A stretch of 63,897 bases of DNA, counting the filler, from Vicugna vicugna (lineage: Eukaryota), in the NCBI GenBank assembly GCA_013265495.1. It is 77 parts of 76 records of this genome, joined end to end, with 100 filler letters (N's around TTAATTAATTAA, not from the genome) between each part and the next. Parts side by side here need not be neighbours in the genome. Positions count along the whole stretch, not along the records: positions 50,714 to 51,585 come from MU063082.1; positions 51,686 to 52,071 come from PNXW01027487.1; positions 52,172 to 52,977 come from MU063083.1; positions 53,078 to 53,921 come from MU063084.1; positions 54,022 to 54,922 come from PNXW01027492.1; positions 55,023 to 55,621 come from MU063087.1; positions 55,722 to 56,562 come from MU063088.1; positions 56,663 to 57,602 come from MU063088.1; 69 more parts are not named here. One strand, given 5' to 3'. Position 1 is the stretch's first letter. Every line of letters starts with the position of its first letter. A program made the position numbers and the translations under genes. Below, in pieces: positions 51,028 to 63,689 of this stretch. The notes beneath the pieces were generated by a model. It searched no databases. It worked only from the letters and a program-made list of their open reading frames with translations, and was not told the DNA's origin.

Positions 51028-52171
51028 TATGAGTAACATAAGAGAGGAAGTAGCCTGTAATTGTAATTGATGGGACAATGGATGGATATACTTAATAGAA
51101 GTGATTCGTTGTCTTTCTTCAGATATTTTAATTTTCAATCTATCACGTATCTTTTCTTCTAAGAATAAGAGACTCTGTCATCTGAGTATTATGTCTCCTT
51201 GTTGACAGGGTAATTGTCTAAGATTTCTGCCTGAGGGTTGATGAGTAATACTAGGCTTGAGTAGAACTTGTTCATGTTCACTTTGATTTCTAATTACAAT
51301 TGGAAGTTGTCTGAGGGCTAGAAAGAGGCGACCCCGAGTATAAGCTTGTGTANNNNNNNNNNNNNNNNNNNNNNNNNNNNNNNNNNNNNNNNNNNNNNNN
51401 NNNNNNNNNNNNNNNNNNNNNNNNNNNNNNNNNNNNNNNNNNNNNNNNNNNNNNNNNNNNNNNNNNNNNNNNNNNNNNNNNNNNNNNNNNNNNNNNNNNT
51501 TCTTTCTTTTTGGAACCATATTTTATTTGATTTGGGGTGCTTCCTCAAACAGCTGTGGAGTGGGCATTTGTCATATTTTTGGCTGNNNNNNNNNNNNNNN
51601 NNNNNNNNNNNNNNNNNNNNNNNNNNNNNTTAATTAATTAANNNNNNNNNNNNNNNNNNNNNNNNNNNNNNNNNNNNNNNNNNNNACCTTCCTGAAATCA
51701 CACACACAGTCATTCACACAGACACAGACACATTCCCCCTGGATTACTGGGCACTTTACAAGCTTAGGACTTACAACTTCTAGAAGATAATTTTGTAGTT
51801 TGTTTAAAATACAAAACTGTCAGATTTTGAAAGCCTTGATCATCTGCTAAACCATCCAAATATCAAAGAGACCCAATTAGCCTTCTCTGTAGAATGTAAT
51901 TCCCCTTGATGGCAAAACAGACCCTAAGAAGTACTGGATCCAAGTCTCGTGCTTATCACTAGCTATGATCATCTTTAAGCACATTAACAGATTCAGAAAT
52001 ATATGTCCAAACAACATATACTGAACTAGTATACGTGTTCAATTGCCTATACAGAGACTAGGTCCCATGATNNNNNNNNNNNNNNNNNNNNNNNNNNNNN
52101 NNNNNNNNNNNNNNNTTAATTAATTAANNNNNNNNNNNNNNNNNNNNNNNNNNNNNNNNNNNNNNNNNNNN

Positions 52172-52250
52172 TTCTAAAAATCAGATAAATAAAAACCTAA
52201 TTATCACCCCCTGCAAAAAATTAATTAATTAATTTAATTAAAAGTTAAAA
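52172..52250 (+). mobile_element. 3' tail of a Vic-1-like SINE
   Basis: aaataaaaacctaattatcacccc followed by an A/T-rich tail, matching the tail of the SINE at 45620-45794. Confidence 0.6.
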
Positions 52251-52699
52251 AGCGATAATTTAGTGCAGGCTTATCAGGCTACAAGAGCTTCAGTGAATGC
52301 CCCTCCCCCCATTAATTTAGAAGAAGTCTCACAGTATTTCCCAACATAAATTCTAAAATATAATTCAGAACACTTTCTGATGGTCAGCATGATTTTAACA
52401 AAAAAGTAGATAATTACCGCCCTGGTGTCAAAGCTCTGTCAGAGATGGGCACAGAAAATTTAGTAAAAATGATTTTGCAACTACCTTTGAAAGAAATGCT
52501 GAGAAATGATCTTTTCTGTTGGAAATTGGCCTTCTTTTACATTCTGCAGTAGGCATTAGTGTTTACCAACCAGGCAGGAACTGGATCATATTTTACACAT
52601 ACTTTAGAAACTGATTTGAATTTTGCTCTCTACCTGCAAGGCTATTTCTTAGGTAATAACATAAGCTGGCCACTGTACTAAATTTTGTTTCCCTGTTTG

Positions 52700-52850
52700 C
52701 TTAATCCTCACAACTCTGTAAGCTGCTATTATTACCCCCATATAACAGATAAAGANNNNNNNNNNNNNNNNNNNNNNNNNNNNACTTGGTAAAGAGCTGG
52801 GTAAGACTGCAGCCAGTCTGACACTCAAGTCCATTCTTTTCACCAATGTA
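52700..52850. mobile_element. MIR fragment
   Basis: ttaatcctcacaactctgtaag...tattattacccccat.taacagataaaga...agtctgac. Confidence 0.65.
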
Positions 52851-54489
52851 TGATACTGCTACCTACATTCGGCAATGACCGTTGAGTACATATTTAAGTT
52901 TAATTTCTAAAAGTGCAAAGCTATATTAGTACTGCTGTGTAAGGGTTCCACTGAGGGGAGGGCAAACTGCATATGGANNNNNNNNNNNNNNNNNNNNNNN
53001 NNNNNNNNNNNNNNNNNNNNNTTAATTAATTAANNNNNNNNNNNNNNNNNNNNNNNNNNNNNNNNNNNNNNNNNNNNCATGCTTCCTCATGGGCGTGCGT
53101 AGCACCATCTGTGAAGTTTACTATAAAGTGAATGCTTGAACCTGCATCTGATCAGCCGCTAAGATTTAAGTAATAGAAAACAGTGAGTGTAAATACTGAC
53201 ATTTGTGTTAACAAAATGGCCTCAAAAGCCAAATAAAACCTAATAAAAAGGAGCTGTAGGTTAGAAGAAATGAATAAAAATTATAATACTTTGTGACTTA
53301 ACNNNNNNNNNNNNNNNNNNNNNNNNNNNNNNNNNNNNNNNNNNNNNNNNNNNNNNNNNNNNNNNNNNNNNNNNNNNNNNNNNNNNNNNNNNNNNNNNNN
53401 NNNNNNNNNNNNNNNNNNNNNNNNNNNNNNNNNNNNNNNNNNNNNNNNNNNNNNNNNNNNNNNNNNNNNNNNNNNNNNNNNNNNNNNNNNNNNNNNNNNN
53501 NNNNNNNNNNNNNNNNNNNNNNNNNNNNNNNNNNNNNNNNNNNNNNNNNNNNNNNNNNNNNNNNNNNNNNNNNNNNNNNNNNNNNNNNNNNNNNNNNNNN
53601 NNNNNNNNNNNNNNNNNNNNNNNNNNNNNNNNNNNNNNNNNNNNNNNNNNNNNNNNNNNNNNNNNNNNNNNNNNNNNNNNNNNNNNNNNNNNNNNNNNNN
53701 NGTTAGTGACAGGAGCCTTTTCTCTTTAATAGTGACTTGTTTAGTTCAAAAGTACACACAACTATTTTTCCTTTGGAACTGTAGGTGTTTGTTCAGAGCA
53801 GAAGAGCCCTTTTATATCAGTTCAAATGGAGGATTGTACACGTTCGTCCAAGCAGAGCATAAAGCTGAAGACGGGTGGTGCCCCTCAGCTCAATATTCAT
53901 GAGCCAAGAGAGGCCCCACGANNNNNNNNNNNNNNNNNNNNNNNNNNNNNNNNNNNNNNNNNNNNTTAATTAATTAANNNNNNNNNNNNNNNNNNNNNNN
54001 NNNNNNNNNNNNNNNNNNNNNCCTGGGTTCTATAAGCATTGACTCCATTAAGGGGCAAACAAACAATCAAAAAACAAAGATATAACAGTATATATTGGTT
54101 GGGGTGAAAAAGACCACGTTATGCATTCTAGGAAGCATTATGTTTCTCAGTCCTGAAACAGTTGGCATTGTTATCAAAATACAGCATTTTGAGGCAAGTG
54201 ATTGGTTCACTAAATGTAAACAATAGCTATATTTTGTATCAGTTAACTGTAGTAAATCAAGTTCTACCAAAAGTTATATTCTGTATTTAGAAATAAATTC
54301 CATTAAGGATAAGCCAAATTCAAAATGAGAGATAAAATTTTAAATAAATAAATATAAACTCAAGCCACAATGTAAATTTTTCCTTCAGTATGTGTATATT
54401 CCATTCTAAATCAACATTAGCAACATGAAATCATGCATAATATAAGTATTAGAAACTATAGTTAAGTTGCATTTAGTCCTGATTCATAA

Positions 54490-54922
54490 ATATTATTTAA
54501 TGTATGCAAATCAATATATGTCATACCATCCCTTAAAACACAGAGAATTCAAAAATAAAAATCTCAAAATATGTAGGAAAATTATTGACAGATCTGATCT
54601 TAATTTTTTATAAAAATATTCTTAACAAATTCACTTTAGACAGAATGTAACTAAACATAATAAAAACAATTTATGAAAAACCCATGTCTATCATTAAGTT
54701 CAATGTAAAATCTTTAAGTTTAAACGTACAGGTAGGTTTTCCTCTGGTCCAGTAATAAGAAAAAGTAGCTCATTCTCACTTGTCCTAAATTACACTACAA
54801 GAAGTCCTAGCCAGAACAACCAGTCAATACAAAATATAAAAGGTATCCAACTTACAAAAAAGCAGTAAAATTTTTAGAGTTGACATAATTATACATTGAT
54901 GGAAAAGTCCATATACTCCTCC
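54490..54922 (+). mobile_element. Old LINE-1 ORF2 (RT region) fragment
   Basis: ttatgaaaaacccatg...gaagtcctagccagaacaa...aaaaggtatccaa. Confidence 0.7.
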
Positions 54923-55721
54923 NNNNNNNNNNNNNNNNNNNNNNNNNNNNNNNNNNNNNNNNNNNNTTAATTAATTAANNNNNNNNNNNNNNNNNNNNNN
55001 NNNNNNNNNNNNNNNNNNNNNNAGGCACAGGCCATGCTGTGAAAAAGGCTTGGGCTCTGAAGCCCACTAAGGGAACAGAGATGGAGGCATCAGAAGAGGT
55101 GGTGCTGGGGACAGTAAAGGCCTGTGAGGTACTTTCCCCAGCAGGGAGCTGCTCCTGGGGCAGATACCAGGTGTGGGGCCACCCCTGCCTCCTAGTACTG
55201 GATGATGTTTGGTAGCATACACCCAGGTCGCTGAATTCAAATGGGCCTGCATGGAAGGCCTGCAGAGGAGACCAGGATGGAGTCACATGGATTGTACTAA
55301 GAACACTACCTGGATGTGACATCTTGTGTGACTGTGACTCCTGGGAAAATGGGAGCCCTGGAGGGCAGGGCTGTTGTCTGCTGGNNNNNNNNNNNNNNNN
55401 NNNNNNNNNNNNNNNNNNNNNNNNNNNNNNNNNNNNACCTTCCTATGAATGAATGAGCCCAGCAAGCCCCAGCACACAGATCTGAGTGGGCCTGGGACCC
55501 CACTTCTCCCTCCCAGGGGTCCCTGCTCTCACTCTCCTAGGACAAGGACCGCTAATGGAATCATAAGTCCCCTTTCAAATGGGAAAACAGTTCCACCCAA
55601 GGCCAAAGTCCCAGTGACACANNNNNNNNNNNNNNNNNNNNNNNNNNNNNNNNNNNNNNNNNNNNTTAATTAATTAANNNNNNNNNNNNNNNNNNNNNNN
55701 NNNNNNNNNNNNNNNNNNNNN

Positions 55722-56562
55722 GTGTGTGAAAGCCGTCCTTCGCCTAGCTTGAAGGGAATACAAAGTGTCTTTTCAGTTGCAAACTACACACCATACATAT
55801 ATATGGGGAGATACAAGCTCCAACTCGGTATTACAGTGCAAACCGCAAGAACTTCAAACCGGCACTAGGAAACAGTTTGAGAAACCAGAGTAAGTGTTTC
55901 TCCTGCAACCCGTTCCCTTTGTGCTGGATGAAGGAACGTCTCTACACAAGCTCAGTTCTGAGAGATAAGTGTGTGTTAAAGCCCTCCTTCACAAAACTTG
56001 AGTGGAACACAAAGGTTCTTTTAAGTTGCATACTCCAGTCCTTACATATATATGGGGAGGAACAAACTCCAACTCGGTTTTAGAGTGCAAACCACAGGAA
56101 CTTAAAACCGGCACTAGAAAACTGACTGAAAAAAGAGTAAGTGTTTCTCCTGCAACCCGTTCCCTTTGTGCTGGATGAACGAACGTCTCTCCACATGCTC
56201 AGTTCTGAGAGATAAGTGTGTGTGAAAGCCGTCCTTCACCTAGCTTGAAGGGAACACCAAGTTTCTNNNNNNNNNNNNNNNNNNNNNNNNNNNNNNNNNN
56301 NNNNNNNNNNNNNNNNNNNNNNNNNNNNNNNNNNNNNNNNNNNNNNNNNNNNNNNNNNNNNNNNNNNNNNNNNNNNNNNNNNNNNNNNNNNNNNNNNNNN
56401 NNNNNNNNNNNNNNNNNNNNNNNNNNNNNNNNNNNNTAAGTGTGTGGCCGTCCTTCACCTAGCTTGAAGGGAACACAAAGTTTCTTGTCAGTTGCAAACT
56501 CCACTCCATACATCGATATGGTGTGGAACAAGGTCCAACTCGGTTTTACAGTGCAATGCAAA
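55722..56562 (+). repeat. Sat-B 249-bp satellite
   Basis: The G of the aaagcc landmark lies at 55732, 55981 and 56228. Confidence 0.96.
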
Positions 56563-56662
56563 NNNNNNNNNNNNNNNNNNNNNNNNNNNNNNNNNNNNNN
56601 NNNNNNTTAATTAATTAANNNNNNNNNNNNNNNNNNNNNNNNNNNNNNNNNNNNNNNNNNNN

Positions 56663-57602
56663 GATAACTGTGTGTGAAAGCGGTCATTCACCTTGCTTGA
56701 AGGGAAAACAAATTTTCTTGTCAGTTGCAAACTCCACTCCATACATATATATGGGGAGGAACATGGTCCAACTCGGTTTTACAGTGCAAACCGCAGGAAA
56801 TTCAAACCGGCACTAGGAAACACACTGAGAAACCAGAGTATGTGTTTGCCCTGCAAACCCTTCCCTTTGTGCTGGATGAACGAACGTCTCTCCAAATGCT
56901 CAGTTCTGAGAGATAAGTGTGTGTGAAAGCCGTCTTTCACCTAGCTTGAAGGGAACACAAATTTTCTTGTCAGTTGCAAACTCCACTCCATATATATATA
57001 TNNNNNNNNNNNNNNNNNNNNNNNNNNNNNNNNNNNNNNNNNNNNNNNNNNNNNNNNNNNNNNNNNNNNNNNNNNNNNNNNNNNNNNNNNNNNNNNNNNN
57101 NNNNNNNNNNNNNNNNNNNNNNNNNNNNNNNNNNNNNNNNNNNNNNNNNNNNNNNNNNNNNNNNNNNNNNNNNNNNNNNNNNNNNNNNNNNNNNNNNNNN
57201 NNNNNNNNNNNNNNNNNNNNNNNNNNNNNNNNNNNNNNNNNNNNNNNNNNNNNNNNNNNNNNNNNNNNNNNNNNNNNNNNNNNNNNNNNNNNNNNNNNNN
57301 NNNNNNNNNNNNNNNNNNNNNNNNNNNNNNNNNNNNNNNNNNNNNNNNNNNNNNNNNNNNNNNNNNNNNNNNNNNNNNNNNNNNNNNNNNNNNNNNNNNN
57401 NNNNNNNNNNNNNNNGCCGTCCTTCAGCTAGCTTGAAGGGAACACAAAGTTTCTTTCAGTTGCAAACTCCACTCCATACATATATATGGGAGGGACAAGC
57501 TCCAACACGGTTTTACAGTGCAAATCGCAGGATCTTCAAACCGGCACTAGAAAACACACTGAGAAACCGGAATAAGTGTTTCTCCTGCAACCCGTTCCCT
57601 TT
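56663..57602 (+). repeat. Sat-B 249-bp satellite (gapped)
   Basis: gtgtgaaag ends at 56680 and 56929 (249 bp). Confidence 0.96.
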
Positions 57603-57702
57603 NNNNNNNNNNNNNNNNNNNNNNNNNNNNNNNNNNNNNNNNNNNNTTAATTAATTAANNNNNNNNNNNNNNNNNNNNNNNNNNNNNNNNNNNNNNNNNN
57701 NN

Positions 57703-58570
57703 CAGCAGTTTTGCAGGAACACTTTTCAAAAGCATCTGATTAAAACAATAGCTCCCTGCAAATGACAAACACTTAAAATGTCCATTGTTAAAGATCTGAT
57801 GAGTGGAGTGTTCATTTGATAAGAAAGTGTAGTTATTTCTGTGGTATGCAATCTTTTGAGATGATATTTGGAATTATAACTGATCACTATACCAGGACAT
57901 ACCAGATTTCTGAATATTTCATATAATTCCTGGAACACATAACATCCATCTGTACAAATACCAGATAAAGAAGGTTTAGTATTACTTTTTATTTGACAAC
58001 TATTCCCATATAATTTGACATATCAAATAAGCCCAATTATTTTAACATCTCTAGTTTTCTAAGATGAAAGAAAATTTCTTCTGAGATTTTCCAGGGGTCT
58101 TATGGAAAATCCCAAAGTTAATTTGAAGTGAAAACATATTTACTTAGTATATGATGTTGGTAATTTTGGAAAAACATTAAGAAGTTTTAAAGCACTTGGT
58201 CAAATAAAATTATAGATCACTGTAAAAAAAAACTTAGCTGTCCATTTAATCATAAGAACAATGAAAGATTTTTCAGGCAAATACAGAATGTTAGGTACTT
58301 GTTTTTTAAAAAAACCCGTTGCCCTTTTATACAGAAGACTCAGTTTTCTGAAGTAATCAAAGGCCTGATGAAAAATCAAAGGCCTGATGAAGACAACACA
58401 AGAAATTAATATCATATAACTTCAAATCTTTGTTTGTTGGACAGGTTACTATAAAAAGTAAAGAAAAAACTTTGTTTGCAATTTCTTGTTAAAAAAAGAT
58501 TATTAATCTAATAAACCATGGTGTCTTGGGGCCCAGAATAGTGCCATGTCTCTTAATTTCTAATTTTCAC
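57703..58570. mobile_element. Probable ERV1 (MER4-group-like) internal segment
   Basis: Motifs such as gacataccagatttct, tcaaataagcccaattatt and ggaaaatcccaaagttaattt resemble ERV1 internal non-coding sequence. Pattern recognition only. Confidence 0.5.
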
Positions 58571-59234
58571 NNNNNNNNNNNNNNNNNNNNNNNNNNNNNN
58601 NNNNNNNNNNNNNNTTAATTAATTAANNNNNNNNNNNNNNNNNNNNNNNNNNNNNNNNNNNNNNNNNNNNCCCACAGTGGTGATACTGATCGTAACAGCT
58701 GCCAACGTGGATCGATCTCCGGCTCCGACTGCTCTGTTCTGACATCTCTGCCCCTGAGGCCTCACCAGGCTGAGTGCAGTAAATTCGGTCATTAATGAGC
58801 ATCTCATGTAAGTCCTCCATTTGCGTTTCTCACTCTCCCCTCACCACCTCCTCTGAGGGAAGCACTGTTATCATCTTCCCCACCCGCATACAAGGCCACT
58901 GAGGCACAGAGACTAAACCCGTTCCAGGTCACATTGGCATTGAAGGACGTCTGTATTTCTGCTGTTTTGCTTTTGACAAAGGAACCTGAGATATCAATTC
59001 AAGGGAGACTGTTAAATAATCAAGTCTGTCAGGTCTTCACCTCAAACAGCAGATACCTGTTGTAGGATGAGGCTGCCGCTACAAATTGGCTCAGCTAGAA
59101 ATTAAAATCCAAGATGAAGCAGCGGATACACGTANNNNNNNNNNNNNNNNNNNNNNNNNNNNNNNNNNNNNNNNNNNNTTAATTAATTAANNNNNNNNNN
59201 NNNNNNNNNNNNNNNNNNNNNNNNNNNNNNNNNN

Positions 59235-59730
59235 CACCAACGGTCGGCAGCCCGTGGGTTCTAACGGAAAGCCTAGGCTTGTCTCACCTGAGGTTTTCCT
59301 AATATCACTGTGCCAGGGAATGCTTGGGGGATTTGTAGGATATCCCAGTGACAGAGGCTGCATCCCCAAGTCCAGGGAAGGTATTTCTCAGACTTCCCCG
59401 AACAGGGAACACCTGTGACTGAAGAGAGCTGCGTGGAGTTGTCTCTCGAGCTCCCCCACGCACTGACAATTGTTCCGGAATTCTGAGCGTGGGGAGGTTC
59501 CACCAACAACTGAGCGTGGGGAGGTTCCACCAACGGGAGGCAGCGCGTGGGTTCTGACGGAAAGCCTAAGCTCGTCTCCCCGGAGGGTTTTCCAAATATC
59601 TCTCAGCCAGGGAATGCTAGGGGGGTTTACAGGATATCCCAGTGACAGAGGCTGCCTCCCAAAGGTGAGGGAAGGTTTTTCTTGTACTTACCCGGACAGG
59701 GAACACCTGTGACTGAAGAGAGCTGCGTGG
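59235..59730 (-). repeat. Sat-A with an internal 27-bp duplication
   Basis: Reverse Sat-A; ctgagcgtggggaggttccaccaac at 59483 and 59510. Confidence 0.95.
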
Positions 59731-59830
59731 NNNNNNNNNNNNNNNNNNNNNNNNNNNNNNNNNNNNNNNNNNNNTTAATTAATTAANNNNNNNNNNNNNN
59801 NNNNNNNNNNNNNNNNNNNNNNNNNNNNNN

Positions 59831-60109
59831 CACAGGTGTTCCAAGGTTGGGGAAGTAGTTTAAAAACCTCCACTAACCACAGAGATGCACTCGTTAATAC
59901 TTGGCTTTAGAGCACATCCCGCACCATCGCTTACTGCTAGGCCTAGGAATACAGTTAGGTAAGTCAATCTAAGGGATTCTATTAAAACCCAGGTGCTGCT
60001 GTCTGTTGGAGAAACCGCCCAACACTCAGAACACCAGAAAACTATTTCCTGTGTGTGCTGGACGTGGGGAAACAAAGCACACGCATTTTTCAGGGGTCAC
60101 AGTAATTCC
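59831..60109. repeat. Sat-D (opposite orientation)
   Basis: Its first ~150 bp are the reverse complement of 13102-13242 (cacaggtgttccaaggttggggaagtagtttaaaa). Confidence 0.88.
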
Positions 60110-61084
60110 NNNNNNNNNNNNNNNNNNNNNNNNNNNNNNNNNNNNNNNNNNNNTTAATTAATTAANNNNNNNNNNNNNNNNNNNNNNNNNNNNNNNNNNN
60201 NNNNNNNNNTAGATTCAAGTACTGCAGTAATTAGCTAAATCATTGGAAGACCTGATACTGTGTCCTCATTTATGACATTAAAATAAATTCCAGATAATTT
60301 GTTAATTAAAAAATAAAACACCAGAAATAACCCAACATGATTTAATCTGTTCAGATTTTCAAGCGAGAAGAACTTTCTTAAAAGCTTTTGGAATAAACAC
60401 ACTTAAAAGCTTTTGGAAAAAAGACCAAAAAGAACAAAGGCCTAGCAACTCAGGTAGGCCAGAAACGCCCACTGTAAAACAAAACTAACCCTCGCCCAAC
60501 CCTCTCTCACGGCCCTGTATTGCTCTCTGATACTTTCTACACTTTCTTCTTCCCTTTAAAGTCCAGTATCTTGGAGAAGTACCTGCGCTGAAGACTCCCC
60601 CAGGGCTCAGAGCCCTGCATCTCCCACGGCCATCACCGCGACACTGAGACAGGAGTTGCACTGCCAGTGGCTGCGTGTTTCAAACCAGTGGGCATTTTCA
60701 GCTCCTGTTTATTTGATTACCAGGTAGCTTTTGCCGTGGACAAATATTTTCCTCTCAGTGGAATGTTTTCCCCCCTTAATTTTTGTTTTACTCAAATAAA
60801 TTTAAAAAGCCCAGGCAGAAAAGTGTGTGTGCACATATGCACACACACAGATACACACAGATCTGGTTTTTAAAGGCTACCTAAGTATAGTCCTCCTCCT
60901 CCTTTTCCCCAGTCTTGTCAAATAAAGGTGGGTAAAGCGCTTGCTTTTTTGCCCCACACACCCCCCTTTCTCACTATGCTCCTTNNNNNNNNNNNNNNNN
61001 NNNNNNNNNNNNNNNNNNNNNNNNNNNNTTAATTAATTAANNNNNNNNNNNNNNNNNNNNNNNNNNNNNNNNNNNNNNNNNNNN

Positions 61085-61564
61085 ATATAGAATTTATAAA
61101 CAGGAATGCAGAACACAGAAATTAGATAATAGAATAAAAAATACTGAATATAGTATTTAGAATATATAATAAATAACACAGAATATAGAATATAGACTAC
61201 GGATTTGAGAATATAAAAGGTAGAATAAGGAATGAAGAACACAAAATATAGAATAGAGAATAGAGAATATAGAACCGAGAATTTAGAAATGGAATGCAGA
61301 ACATTGAATTTAGAATACAGAGTACAGAATACTGAATAAAGATTTTAGAATATAGAATGTAGAACACAGAATATAGAATATAGAATACGGAATGCAGAAT
61401 ATAGAATGAAGAATATACAATGAAGAACACAGAAAAACACAGAATATAGAATATTGAATACAGTATATGGAACCCAAAATTTAGAATATGGAATGCAGAC
61501 CACAGAATTTAGAAAATAGAATACTGAATGCAGAATATACAATACAGAATATAGAATGTAGAAC
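61085..61564 (-). repeat. Sat-E heptamer satellite
   Basis: GAA at a 7-bp period; the reverse complement aligns to 2717-3461. Confidence 0.93.
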
Positions 61565-61664
61565 NNNNNNNNNNNNNNNNNNNNNNNNNNNNNNNNNNNN
61601 NNNNNNNNTTAATTAATTAANNNNNNNNNNNNNNNNNNNNNNNNNNNNNNNNNNNNNNNNNNNN

Positions 61665-62040
61665 AAGAGAAAGAAAAATACCATATGATATCATTCATAT
61701 GTGGAGTCTTAAAAAAAATGACAAATGAACTCATTTATAAAACAGAAACAGACTCACAGACATAGAAAACAAATTCATGGTGACCAAAGGGGAAAGAGGG
61801 TGGGAAGGGATAAACTGGGAGTTTGGGATTAGCAGATGCACACTACTATGTATAAAATAGATAAACAACAAGATCCCACTGTATGGCACAGGGAACTACA
61901 TTCAACATCTAGTAATAACCTATAATGAGAAAGCATAGATATACTTACATATATATATAATTGAATCACTATGCTGTACACCAGAAACTAACACAGCATT
62001 GTAAAGCAACTCTACTTCAATTTTAAAAATTATTTTAAAA
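61665..62040 (+). mobile_element. LINE-1 3'UTR
   Basis: acagaaacagactcacagac...gaatcactatgctgtacaccagaaactaacacagcattgtaaagcaactctacttcaat. Confidence 0.9.
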
Positions 62041-62239
62041 AGTAGATATGAAAACCCATGAAAAACATTAGATACGTTGTCAAGAAAAGTCTTAAGGGGG
62101 TCAATTTCCAGATCCTCAAATTCCATGTGACCCCTCTTCATGACCTGCCTAGGAATATAATTTGGCATTAGACAAATACTTTCCCATTTACCCATCCACA
62201 GTTATTTTCTTTCCTCTTCACAAAAGAAAGGCATTCTCA

Positions 62240-62393
62240 GTAGGCACATGAAAAAAATGCTCAATATCACTAATTATCAGAGAAATGCAAATCAAAACTA
62301 CAATGAGTTATCAATTATCACCTCAGTCAGGATGGCCACTATTCAAAAGTCAGTGAACACTTTCATGGGAGAGGCTGTGGAGAAAAGGGAACC
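62240..62393 (+). mobile_element. LINE-1 ORF2 fragment
   Basis: taggcacatgaaaaaatgctcaatatcactaattatcagagaaatgcaaatcaaaactacaatgag. Confidence 0.88.
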
Positions 62394-62493
62394 NNNNNNN
62401 NNNNNNNNNNNNNNNNNNNNNNNNNNNNNNNNNNNNNTTAATTAATTAANNNNNNNNNNNNNNNNNNNNNNNNNNNNNNNNNNNNNNNNNNNN

Positions 62494-63034
62494 AGAGTAC
62501 AGAATAACTGAATATAGAATTTAGAATATAGAATGTAGTACACAGAAAATAGAATATGGAATACAGAATATAGAACACAAAATTTAGAACATGGAATGCA
62601 GAACACAGAATTTAGAATATAGAATACCGAATACTGATAATAGAATATGAATATGCAATGTAGAACACAGAATTTAGAATATAGAATANNNNNNNNNNNN
62701 NNNNNNNNNNNNNNNNNNNNNNNNNNNNNNNNNNNNNNNNNNNNNNNNNNNNNNNNNNNNNNNNNNNNNNNNTAGAACACAGAATATAGAATATAGAATA
62801 CGGAATGCAGAATATAGAATACAGAAAATAGAATGTAGAACACAGAATAGAGAATATGGAAAACAGAATACAAAATCGAGAATTGAGAACATGGAATGCA
62901 GAACACATAATTTAGAATATAAACTACAGAATACTGAATATAGAATTTAGAATATAGAATGTAGAACACAGAAGTCAGATATATAATAAATAATACTGAG
63001 TATAGAATTTAGAACATAGAATGTAGAACACAGA
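62494..63034 (-). repeat. Sat-E heptamer satellite (gapped)
   Basis: GAATATA/GAATTTA/GAACACA/GAATGCA heptamers. Confidence 0.93.
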
Positions 63035-63134
63035 NNNNNNNNNNNNNNNNNNNNNNNNNNNNNNNNNNNNNNNNNNNNTTAATTAATTAANNNNNNNNNN
63101 NNNNNNNNNNNNNNNNNNNNNNNNNNNNNNNNNN

Positions 63135-63589
63135 GAGGCAGCATCTGTCACTGGGATAATCTGCAAACCCCCCTACTATTCCCTGGCAGAGGGACATGAG
63201 GAAAACCCTCAGGGGAGGCGAGCTTAGATTTTCCGTTAGAACCCACGCGCTGTCGACAGTTGGTGGAACCTCCCCACGCTCAGGATTCCGGAACAATTGT
63301 CAGTGTGAGGGGAGGTCGAGAGAAAACTCCACGCAGCTCTCTTCAGTCACAGGTGTTCCCTGTTNNNNNNNNNNNNNNNNNNNNNNNNNNNNNNNNNNNN
63401 NNNNNNNNNNNNNNNNNNNNNNNNNNNNNNNNNNNNNNNNNNNNNNNNNNNNNNNNNNNNNNNNNNNNNNNNNAACCATCAGGGGAGACGAGCTTAGGCT
63501 TTCCGTTAGAACCAACGCGGTGCCATCCGTTTTTTGAACATCCGCACTCTCAGGTTTCCGGAACCATTGTCAGTGCGTGGGGGAGCTCG
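63135..63589 (+). repeat. Sat-A (gapped)
   Basis: Sat-A motifs. Confidence 0.94.
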
Positions 63590-63689
63590 NNNNNNNNNNN
63601 NNNNNNNNNNNNNNNNNNNNNNNNNNNNNNNNNTTAATTAATTAANNNNNNNNNNNNNNNNNNNNNNNNNNNNNNNNNNNNNNNNNNNN

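Noticed and set aside
52221..52241. TTAATTAATTAA outside N runs
   Set aside because: It lies in the AT-rich tail of a SINE, so it is a natural low-complexity tract and not a linker.
1097..63645. Regularly interspaced palindromic TTAATTAATTAA resembling a CRISPR-like or other novel array
   Set aside because: It is always embedded in exactly 44+44 Ns, so it is a synthetic six-frame-stop linker. There are no cas genes and the DNA is mammalian.
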